Shown here: positions 56,144 to 64,000 of the stretch, one piece after another | Layout: every line of letters begins with the position of its first letter | Position numbering within the stretch: position 1 is the first letter of the stretch | IMG/VR virus record: IMGVR_UViG_2595698524_000001 | Location: 64,001-128,000 of that record | Source: a virus | Lineage: Duplodnaviria > Caudoviricetes | DNA length: 64,000 nt | Strand: one strand, 5' to 3' | Made by a program: the position numbers and the translations under genes | Notes under the pieces: model-generated | What the model saw: only the letters and a program-made list of their open reading frames with translations | The model's database searches: none | What the model was told of the DNA's origin: nothing

Positions 56144-56154
56144 CGGAGGCTGCT

Positions 56155-56973
56155 ATGGCTTTGTATAGCCAGTCTCAGCAACAGTATCTGGTGGATGCTA
56201 TTAACGCCCAAAACCCGGGCGCTATTGACTTACTGACGTTGAAGAACTGCTTCATCGGTAAGCCTAAAGCTATCACCCAGAACTTTCCGACCGACCCGAA
56301 TACCGAAATCACGGTACGTGGTCGTCCGGGGAGCGGGTACAACGGTTCGCAAACGTTCCGTTACACTCGCTTGTCGCTGAGTGATTTGTTCAAAAACTTT
56401 ACGCCTGTGATTACCATGCCGGGTATCGGCACAACGTTACAAGCGGTAGCCAACATTAACGGGCGGTACGGGTTAAACCTTTTGCCTGAAGATGTGGTGT
56501 CGTATTACTTGTACCGCAACTCTTTAAGCCCGTTGCGGGTTTACGGAACCAGTTTGCAGTACACTGGTAGCGTGAATATCAAATACGTGCCGGGCCCGTA
56601 CAGCTTGGAAGAACTGGTGGTAAACAACATCTTAAATGAGTTGAACCACCCGATTGACCCTGACGACGGGAAAAAATGCGGGACAATGCTTGCCTACGGT
56701 GTGGACTTTACTGATGAGTACCAGCTACTCAGCTCGTTTACCGCCGGACCGTTGGGTACTGGAGATAACTTCACCTCTGGCCGTAGTCAGGCGCTGGTTG
56801 ACATGATGGAATCACACGGACTCCCACGTTGGGACTTTACCGGCGCTCGTGTACAAGTGAAAACCACTGCCAATGAAACCCGTGCCGATAAGCGATTCGA
56901 CCGGGTACTTGTTATTACGCTAGTTAACGACCCCGACGTGGCAGGCGATTGGCTACTCCACTACAATATTTAG
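56155..56973 (+). CDS. tail/baseplate paralog family protein 7
   Basis: NTEITV, GYNG..YTRL, AYGVDFT and LLHYN. Confidence 0.85.
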   Translation: MALYSQSQQQYLVDAINAQNPGAIDLLTLKNCFIGKPKAITQNFPTDPNTEITVRGRPGSGYNGSQTFRYTRLSLSDLFKNFTPVITMPGIGTTLQAVANINGRYGLNLLPEDVVSYYLYRNSLSPLRVYGTSLQYTGSVNIKYVPGPYSLEELVVNNILNELNHPIDPDDGKKCGTMLAYGVDFTDEYQLLSSFTAGPLGTGDNFTSGRSQALVDMMESHGLPRWDFTGARVQVKTTANETRADKRFDRVLVITLVNDPDVAGDWLLHYNI

Positions 56974-56985
56974 TAGGAAACGAAA

Positions 56986-57864
56986 ATGGCAATTTATCAA
57001 CCATCGAAAGAGGTGCTGTTGGCCGCTGTTAATGCTCAGAACTCCTTGAACATTAAGCTGACCGACATCACCTATAGTGCCCCCAAAGACATTCGCGGGA
57101 CTGACCAGGCAACCACAACCCAGCGTAACACTCTGGTAAAAATCACCGCCACACCGACCGGGTCGTGGACAGGTAAAAAGAACCTCTTCTATACCCGTCT
57201 GAACATTGAAGATATCCAACAGCTGATCGGTGACACCTTGCAGGTTGGCGGTGTTGAAAAGCTTCACGATGCGCTGATTGGGCTGAACAACCGTTACGGT
57301 TTTGCGTTTGAGCCCGAAGATTTGGTGAATACCGATTTGGAGTGGGAGCCTGACGGTCAAACAGGTTTCTTAGACGTCACCGCCGAGGCTGACTCGCTCG
57401 GTTGGATCGGCACTGCCCGCTTTAAACTGGTGAAAGGTGATGAGTCGCTGCAAACTGCGGTTACCACGACCACCCTGAACGGCCTGAAGTATCCGAACGG
57501 CGATATGGGCTCTGTCAACCAGACGGCTATCCTTGCCGAGGTTTACTCCTATCCGTTCGACTTCACCACACAGCGCGATGCGTTGCTGGTGTTCGGGACG
57601 GGCGTGTTGGCAGCAGGCGCTACCCTCAACAACCTTGTCGGTATCCTCAACCCAATTACGGGTACCACGTGGGTGGCGTCGAACGCAGCATCGTGGGGTC
57701 TGTTGGGTGCGGAAATCACTTACAACGGCCTCAACAAAGCCGAGTTCCCAACCAACAGCAAGTACAAGTACGCGATGGCAATCAAACTGCCAGCTACTAC
57801 CACTAACATCAAGGGCACGCTGTACGTCCAGTATAACGACCCTGACGACCCGAACGAGGTGTAA
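56986..57864 (+). CDS. tail/baseplate paralog family protein 8
   Basis: RNTLVK, YTRL, DSLGWIG, YSYPFDF and YVQYNDPDDP. Confidence 0.85.
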   Translation: MAIYQPSKEVLLAAVNAQNSLNIKLTDITYSAPKDIRGTDQATTTQRNTLVKITATPTGSWTGKKNLFYTRLNIEDIQQLIGDTLQVGGVEKLHDALIGLNNRYGFAFEPEDLVNTDLEWEPDGQTGFLDVTAEADSLGWIGTARFKLVKGDESLQTAVTTTTLNGLKYPNGDMGSVNQTAILAEVYSYPFDFTTQRDALLVFGTGVLAAGATLNNLVGILNPITGTTWVASNAASWGLLGAEITYNGLNKAEFPTNSKYKYAMAIKLPATTTNIKGTLYVQYNDPDDPNEV

Positions 57865-57867
57865 TCC

Positions 57868-58695
57868 ATGTTGTCCTACAAAAAGCCCTCTAATGAGCTG
57901 GTATACGACCTGATTAACCTCGCCAACCCCGACTTGCCGATTCCGGTTGATGCTAACAACGTTATCATCGAAAAGATTACGGAAGTCGCGGTGAACGCTG
58001 CGTCTAATAACCGCAACACCTCCGCGCGTTTGCGTGGGGTGCAAGGGATGGGGTATACCGATTCGGTAACGTTGTTTTACGACCGCATCGATTTGAAAGC
58101 GATTCTCCCACTGTACACTCAATCGAAAGCCGGCTTTACGACGTTTACAGCTACCAATGTGCACTCTGCTTTAGCGGCAATCGAAGAAGCGTTCGGCGTC
58201 AAATTCGGTACCATGGACGTGGTGAATACCGGTTTATCCGGTGCTAATACGCCAGATTACACGTACCAGTTTAATCTGACAGCACAGCCCACCTCTCCAG
58301 CGTACCGCGGTTCTCAGGCAGTGCGTTATTACCGGGGTAAACCTGTGTTAGATACGTCGATTACCAAAGACGCGTTGGATGTCTTAAAGCATCCGATTGA
58401 TGAAACGTTAGGTAAAAAGTGTATCGACCTGTTGACTTACGGTATCGACTTCACGGCGTACAAGAACCTGCTGAACGTGACCTCTGCGGGACTACCAAAC
58501 TGGGCAGGATTGCGCACGGTACTGGATCAACTGGGGATTCCGCAGTACGATGGGCCGCTGAACTCTAACACCGTGCAAGATGTCGCAACTTCCACCATGC
58601 CAACGGCGAACAAGAACTTCGACCGCGTTGTGGTGCAGACCGGCATTGACGACACTGGCGTTAAAGGCGTGGCTTATTACCACTATAATAGTTAA
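57868..58695 (+). CDS. tail/baseplate paralog family protein 9
   Basis: RNTSA, YDRID, TYGIDFT and YYHYN; terminator at 58701-58730. Confidence 0.85.
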   Translation: MLSYKKPSNELVYDLINLANPDLPIPVDANNVIIEKITEVAVNAASNNRNTSARLRGVQGMGYTDSVTLFYDRIDLKAILPLYTQSKAGFTTFTATNVHSALAAIEEAFGVKFGTMDVVNTGLSGANTPDYTYQFNLTAQPTSPAYRGSQAVRYYRGKPVLDTSITKDALDVLKHPIDETLGKKCIDLLTYGIDFTAYKNLLNVTSAGLPNWAGLRTVLDQLGIPQYDGPLNSNTVQDVATSTMPTANKNFDRVVVQTGIDDTGVKGVAYYHYNS

Positions 58696-58743
58696 CCGTG
58701 GGGAGAGGGGAAACCCTCTCCCTCTTTTTTGAAGGGTATTGCA

Positions 58744-60060
58744 ATGGGACCTTTTAATTTACCCTCTGCGGAACTTGTTTGGCAACAGGTTAACCGGGAC
58801 AATCCTCAATTACCGTACCCCGTAAACGGGAAGAATGTGGTGTTATTGCAGGGCCCTTTTACAACCGGACTAGGGGACACTGGCCGAAACACGCGCATCA
58901 TTGTGAATGGGCAGGGTGCTCAGTATTCCGGTAAAACCACGTTGTGGTATGACCGCATTGCGTTAGGCAGTCTGTTCAGTGGCTTGCGTGTGCCAGTAAC
59001 GATTCCTTATCATGCGACCACGCTACGCGAAATTATCGCGTCGGTATCCGAGACATGCGGTGTGCTTTTAACCGCTGACGATTTAAATGCGCCAGATATG
59101 AACATTGGCGCAGTGACCGTCAACACCGCGAACTTAAACATCGCCGTAAAAGCAGAATGCCCTGCATATACGGGGGTGTTGCCGATAGTGTGGACACGTG
59201 AACCTCCGAGTTTGGTTGACTTATATGCAGACACAGAAACGACGGCGTGGGAGTTGCCTGATATTTACACGACTGTGTATCAGTTAGACTGGACCCCGTA
59301 TACCTCGCAGCTGACGGCGCTGGCCACGAATGCGGGACTTACTCGTAACTCAGCAGGGGTTATTAACTTCGTGGGCGCACTTGCGGCCTGGTCAGGCATT
59401 CCGTTTACCATCGGTACCGCCCCGAACGATGACCCTTACGACCTTTATGGGTACATTGCATCGCGCGACACTAATCCGGGTATTAATCCCGAGATGCGTG
59501 GTGAGTTTAACGGATGTCTTAAACTGACGCCGCCGGCGGCGCTGCTTAACATGCGTCGACCTTTATACCTTCACTACTCTCGCAAAGATGGTAAGGTCTA
59601 TTTGGCGCAGGAGGCCGATTTGCAGCGTTATGCAAATGCTAAGGGTATCGAAACGCCGAGTTTTACCGGTCCGGTGGTTGCTAATACCGGGAAGCCGGTG
59701 CTGGCACGAACGCCGTTGGCAGTTGCCGCCGACACGTTGTTAGGCACACCGTACGGTTCTTATATGCTGGGCAACGTGTACTGGCCACGGTTGATGCAAC
59801 ATGCATACCCTACACAGGCGCTATATGAGGCAGCGGCAGCTAAAAACCTCCTAACGATGGCCCTGTGTACGTTAGTAACGTTTGCTTCCACGACGGTTCC
59901 TGGGTTGGCGCGTAACGGCTATACAAGTTTGGCTGCAACGTCCACACAAGGGTGGAAGTTGACGCAATTCGTTTACTACGACAGTGATGCGGGTGGTTAT
60001 AAAACGTATGATCCGTTCAGTAAAACAGCACCGGTTAACTGGTACCCACCGTATGCTTGA
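58744..60060 (+). CDS. tail paralog family protein 10 with extra C-terminal domain
   Basis: RNTRII, WYDRI and LYLHYS, then about 160 aa of extension. Confidence 0.85.
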   Translation: MGPFNLPSAELVWQQVNRDNPQLPYPVNGKNVVLLQGPFTTGLGDTGRNTRIIVNGQGAQYSGKTTLWYDRIALGSLFSGLRVPVTIPYHATTLREIIASVSETCGVLLTADDLNAPDMNIGAVTVNTANLNIAVKAECPAYTGVLPIVWTREPPSLVDLYADTETTAWELPDIYTTVYQLDWTPYTSQLTALATNAGLTRNSAGVINFVGALAAWSGIPFTIGTAPNDDPYDLYGYIASRDTNPGINPEMRGEFNGCLKLTPPAALLNMRRPLYLHYSRKDGKVYLAQEADLQRYANAKGIETPSFTGPVVANTGKPVLARTPLAVAADTLLGTPYGSYMLGNVYWPRLMQHAYPTQALYEAAAAKNLLTMALCTLVTFASTTVPGLARNGYTSLAATSTQGWKLTQFVYYDSDAGGYKTYDPFSKTAPVNWYPPYA

Positions 60061-60068
60061 GGTGAATC

Positions 60069-62237
60069 ATGGCATTTGAACCTGATTTAGTAACGGCCGT
60101 TATACGGTCGCTAAACCGGAAAAATTTAGTCCCCTCCGCTAGGGCCGCTAATCCGAATGATGTGCGGCTGGTATCGGTTGTTGTCCGTGATGAACGTACA
60201 CTCGATGTTACGGTGGAAGGCAAGTCAAATAAACCCACTTACGGCCGAATTACGGCACAAGTGTTTCGCCAAAACATTGCCGACTATTTTGCGAAGATAA
60301 CGCTAACGGCCATCCCGACAGTTACGAGCGTGCATAAACTGCTGCCCGAGTTGGCGACGTTGGTGGGGTTGAGTTTTTTGCCTGAGGACTTTGAAGACTT
60401 GCCAATCGTTTGGGTCGACAACAAAGCCAAAGTAACTTTCCAGTCAAAGCCGGGGAGTTATTTTTGGTACGGGTCTATAACACTGGATGTGGAAAACGGC
60501 GATGTGGATATCAACACCGTGTACACGTACAGCAACTATAACCCGACGGCAAAAACCCTGAACAAACAGCAGTGGGTTGATAACTACTCCGCGTTATGCA
60601 AACGAACACTCGATCTCAACAAAGTGGAAGTGAGTTTACCGCAGAAGCCGTCAGACCTCGGCATCAGTTCGGCGTATAACACCATTGTGACGTTAACTGC
60701 GAAACCGAACTCCGGACTGTTTGGTGTAAAATACGTACATTTCACCCGTATCAACCTTGCCAGCTTTGAAGGCCAAACAACCGCGGTTCCTGATGATTTC
60801 ACAGGTGACCTGTACGATGCATTAGCGACCGAAAATATTGGCTTTCGAACGTATCTTGATGTTAACGAGGTTGAGCGGTGCCCACTGGATACCAGTAGCT
60901 GGCCTATTGACGTTCAGTTGAAAGCGAAACCCGACTCTTACAGAGCGGTCGGTGTCGCGAATATCAAAGTCGGGCGTTATGCGGACGATACAAAATCTAT
61001 CACGATAGACTTCAATAGCAACAACATCGCAATGACGGCAACAACCATTGCTGACATTTGTAGGGCACGGGTAGCTAAGGCCGCGCAAGTTAATTTAACG
61101 ATTAACGTCGCGGCGGGTGTTTACCTGGTTGGTGCAAAAGTCACCGATTACGCGTTAACTATCCCGTATATGTCCCAGTATGCCAACGTAAATGTTGTGC
61201 TCAACAACCGAGGTTTCATTACAGGACGCGGTGCGCAGGGTTCGGATACGGGCTGGCCAAACGCCGCAGGTAACGGATTATTTATCGATCCTAAATTTAA
61301 AGGCAGTGTGGCCATCAATAATCTCGGGACAATCGCCGGTGGTGGTGGCGGTGGTGGGATGTCGTCGGCATTGAATTACGTCGGTGGTGGTGGCGGACAA
61401 CCTTTAGGGGCAGCCAGCAATACTAAAGATTCTGGTAACTTCTATGCTGGTCCTGCGGCGACCCTGACTGCCCCAGGCGCGAGTCGTGAAGTCTGGAGGT
61501 CAGATACACTCTACTATTTCGGTGGGGCAGGCGGTGGGCTTGGGCAGCCCGGTAAGATTCCCGGGCAGCGTAACGGAAACCCGCCTTATTACGCCGTGAA
61601 TCAAACCACAGCGCCCGGCGACCCTGGGAAGTCAGTTGTCGATACGGCAAATATCGCGACTTGGATTACGGCCGGCATCGTTATGCCGCCTGTGGTTGAT
61701 CAGCAGGAGTTGCTTAATCAGTGGTTGGATGTTCAAGATGCGAGGGTCGTTAGCGACACCACGGAATTGGATTTACTCGAAGCTGACGGTAAATTTATTG
61801 TTCAGTTAGATAGTAAAACCAATTTCTATACCGATCGCGACGGTTGGACTTTAGCGTCTAAGTTGCAGTGTTACGGACAAGTGTGGGGTCAACCGGTCGG
61901 TAGAGTATTCTACTCGCGTATTCCGGGCATGCTTCAGCTCGGTATGGAAAATGAAAACGTTTTCTATTACAACTACCGAAAAAACAACCGGGTGTATTTC
62001 GAGTTTGAATCAACTCCTACACGGGTCGCGACTACGGGCATTTATCGTAACTTCACCCAAGGTCAGGCGTTGACTACTGCGCAAGAGCAAGTGCGGTTAA
62101 AACGCATTGTATATTACGACCCATGGCGCGGTTATGTGGTTGATGTAAACCCATATCTGAAAACCATAGAACGCTTCACTGGGTTCGTGTCCGATCTGTC
62201 GAAAGCCCAAGATACACTAGACGGGTTTAAAAAGTAA
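60069..62237 (+). CDS. tail fibre / receptor-binding protein: duplicated family domain plus gp38-like glycine-rich adhesin
   Basis: Two family repeats; ITGRG, INNLGTIAGGGGGGG, GGGGGQPLG, LTAPG and GGAGG motifs. Confidence 0.8.
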   Translation: MAFEPDLVTAVIRSLNRKNLVPSARAANPNDVRLVSVVVRDERTLDVTVEGKSNKPTYGRITAQVFRQNIADYFAKITLTAIPTVTSVHKLLPELATLVGLSFLPEDFEDLPIVWVDNKAKVTFQSKPGSYFWYGSITLDVENGDVDINTVYTYSNYNPTAKTLNKQQWVDNYSALCKRTLDLNKVEVSLPQKPSDLGISSAYNTIVTLTAKPNSGLFGVKYVHFTRINLASFEGQTTAVPDDFTGDLYDALATENIGFRTYLDVNEVERCPLDTSSWPIDVQLKAKPDSYRAVGVANIKVGRYADDTKSITIDFNSNNIAMTATTIADICRARVAKAAQVNLTINVAAGVYLVGAKVTDYALTIPYMSQYANVNVVLNNRGFITGRGAQGSDTGWPNAAGNGLFIDPKFKGSVAINNLGTIAGGGGGGGMSSALNYVGGGGGQPLGAASNTKDSGNFYAGPAATLTAPGASREVWRSDTLYYFGGAGGGLGQPGKIPGQRNGNPPYYAVNQTTAPGDPGKSVVDTANIATWITAGIVMPPVVDQQELLNQWLDVQDARVVSDTTELDLLEADGKFIVQLDSKTNFYTDRDGWTLASKLQCYGQVWGQPVGRVFYSRIPGMLQLGMENENVFYYNYRKNNRVYFEFESTPTRVATTGIYRNFTQGQALTTAQEQVRLKRIVYYDPWRGYVVDVNPYLKTIERFTGFVSDLSKAQDTLDGFKK

Positions 62238-62248
62238 AGGGGTAACCA

Positions 62249-63778
62249 ATGGGTTATTACGACAAAACATCTCTCGACCTGTTAGGTCAACAGATAAACC
62301 GTGATAACCCCGTTCTTAAAGGCCAGCTGAGCGGGGCGAATATCATCGTGCTCGGCGGGCCTTATACTTCTGCTTTGGGGTCGAGCGGGCGCAATACTCG
62401 CATTGTCCTTAATGGGAAGACGGGGTCAGGCATTGTCGGTAAGAAAGAGTTTTTCTACGACCGCCTCAACATCGGTGCGCTCTTTAACGGCATCACTGTT
62501 GTCTTTGCAGCAAAAGGAGATTCTGCAACGGTCGCTGACCTATTACCGGCGCTTAATGAGCAGTACGGTTTAGGGCTAACGGCTGCAGACATCACCAACG
62601 GCGCTACAAAGCTCGGTACAGGGTATAAGCCCACACCGGTGACACTTACCATTGCTGCGACGTCACTGGCCTATACAGGCTCTCTGAACGTGATTTGGAC
62701 ACGTTCTCCAGTAGGGTACTTCCCAGACTCCGGGCCGGGTAGCAAATACCTGCTGGTTGGTTCGTTACAAGAAGGCTATTTCGGTACTGTTACCGATGCC
62801 GAACTTATCCGAACTGATATTCTGTTGTTCCGTTTGAACACTGCAGCCAAACAAAACTATGGCGCATCCACGGCGGCGAGTTCTGGCTTGTGGTATAAGT
62901 TCGCTAAAGATAATAAAATTTATTATCTGGCAGGTTCGCAGGCTTCGGTCATTCGCTGGACAGAACTGTATCAGCTAGGCGCGGTGTATGAAATAGATAC
63001 ACCGGAGCAAGACCATCGTCCGGTTGACGGAACCATTATTACGCAGGATGCGTTGGTTAACGTCACTGAAAGAGGTAAGTCATGGTACCTGTCACCGTGC
63101 TTACCGCTGTTGTCTGAAACCGACCCGTGGGATTATCTCCCTGCAAACGGCACACCTAACCCAACAGGTGACGTGGCGAGACTTTTCACCAAGATTAGTC
63201 GTAACACGCCATACGGTACGAGTGAATGGGAGTCGACTGCTTTAACAGCAGTCGCTGCAATCTTCCGTAACACGGACAAGAACGACCCGACCAAATACCC
63301 GATCTCCACGCTGTACGGAACCTCACAGTCACTGGCGGTGAAAGCAACCAGTCAGCAGTGGTGGGTACCGATGTTGGAGTTGGTTGATATTCAGGCAAAC
63401 CCGGTCAAACTCGAAGAAGTTAACTACGCCGTTATCGGCAGGCCACGTGCCCCGCTGTTAACGATTGACACGTCGCGTGACCCGAATATCCCAGTCCCTG
63501 TGACCGATATTCAGTCTACGTATAACCTGTCGATTCGTCGTCCGTTCCTGAAACCGTTCGTCACTGAACCGGTTAAGGCGGTATCCAGTGTTATTGCTAG
63601 TAGTCGTATAACGCTGCGCAGCTTTAAAACTTATAGCGTGGTGTCTAATCCACTTAAAGCAGTGCAGGACGTTCATCCAGTAAGAACACTGCGACCTATT
63701 GGTTTTACGGCAACCACAGTTGTGCGTGAAAAGATTAATCTCTCCACCACTTCCGGTGAATTAGACGGATTCATTTAA
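62249..63778 (+). CDS. tail fibre-associated protein: family domain plus phiKZ-type GPG...GYFG domain
   Basis: RNTRIV, YDRL, PDSGPG..LLVG....GYFG and C-terminal GELDGF. Confidence 0.8.
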   Translation: MGYYDKTSLDLLGQQINRDNPVLKGQLSGANIIVLGGPYTSALGSSGRNTRIVLNGKTGSGIVGKKEFFYDRLNIGALFNGITVVFAAKGDSATVADLLPALNEQYGLGLTAADITNGATKLGTGYKPTPVTLTIAATSLAYTGSLNVIWTRSPVGYFPDSGPGSKYLLVGSLQEGYFGTVTDAELIRTDILLFRLNTAAKQNYGASTAASSGLWYKFAKDNKIYYLAGSQASVIRWTELYQLGAVYEIDTPEQDHRPVDGTIITQDALVNVTERGKSWYLSPCLPLLSETDPWDYLPANGTPNPTGDVARLFTKISRNTPYGTSEWESTALTAVAAIFRNTDKNDPTKYPISTLYGTSQSLAVKATSQQWWVPMLELVDIQANPVKLEEVNYAVIGRPRAPLLTIDTSRDPNIPVPVTDIQSTYNLSIRRPFLKPFVTEPVKAVSSVIASSRITLRSFKTYSVVSNPLKAVQDVHPVRTLRPIGFTATTVVREKINLSTTSGELDGFI

Positions 63779-63787
63779 GGAATTATC

Positions 63788-64000
63788 ATGGCTCTTAAAT
63801 TGACGTGGAAGAACAACAACGTTGTTGCTAACACAATCAAAATCTATCGTGGGGATGCTAAGCTCGACCCGGCTAACCTCCCCGCACCTTTGGTGGAACT
63901 TACTAACGGTGAAAACGAGTGGGTTGATACTACCGCAATCTACGGCAAGACGTATTTTTATATCTTAGCTGTAGTAACGGCAAACGATTTCATCCCGACT
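63788..64000 (+). CDS. virion/tail protein with FN3-like N-terminus (partial)
   Basis: AAGGA SD; MALKLTW..IKIYRG...WVDTT..YGKTYFY; open to the window edge. Confidence 0.75.
   Translation, partial: MALKLTWKNNNVVANTIKIYRGDAKLDPANLPAPLVELTNGENEWVDTTAIYGKTYFYILAVVTANDFIPT

Noticed and set aside
53502-58164. Long minus-strand ORFs (223 aa and 264 aa) within the tail array
   Set aside because: Antisense shadows of well-supported plus-strand genes
50712-64000. Diversity-generating retroelement or invertible tail-fibre cassette
   Set aside because: No reverse transcriptase, recombinase or near-identical template/variable repeats seen; paralogs are anciently diverged
1-64000. tRNA, rRNA, integrase, transposase or chimallin genes
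   Set aside because: None recognised by eye, and intergenic gaps are short and explained by terminators and promoters; a tRNAscan/Infernal run would be needed to exclude small RNAs

Overview
This 64 kb window is from a phiKZ-like jumbo myophage (Chimalliviridae-type, most like the enterobacterial SPN3US/PhiEaH2/CR5 group; PhoH and ThyA look strongly enterobacterial). Order: DnaB-like helicase (minus strand), major capsid protein, non-virion RNAP beta-N subunit, an Asn-rich NPF-repeat protein, portal (minus strand), baseplate-type virion genes, RuvC-like resolvase, candidate holin and endolysin. An accessory block follows: five GNAT-fold genes, PhoH, dTMP kinase, ThyA, a MazG-like protein, a Bcs1-like membrane AAA ATPase, HslV- and HslU-like genes, and lipoproteins. 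It ends in a tandem array of about 13 paralogous tail/baseplate genes, one with a T-even gp38-like glycine-rich adhesin. No CRISPR array, tRNA, rRNA or mobile element was seen. Most unusual: (1) a free-standing 78-aa peptide ending in the NrdA redox tail CxxxxCKI; (2) both minus-strand genes sit head-to-head with a plus-strand gene across 11 and 15 bp spacers that hold a Shine-Dalgarno on each strand; (3) a 22-bp early-promoter-like motif upstream of the nvRNAP, GNAT and HslV regions; (4) a phage proteostasis module; (5) a probably inactive prohead-protease paralog; (6) a nucleoporin-like NPF low-complexity region. All homology calls come from motif recognition and recalled synteny; no searches were run.
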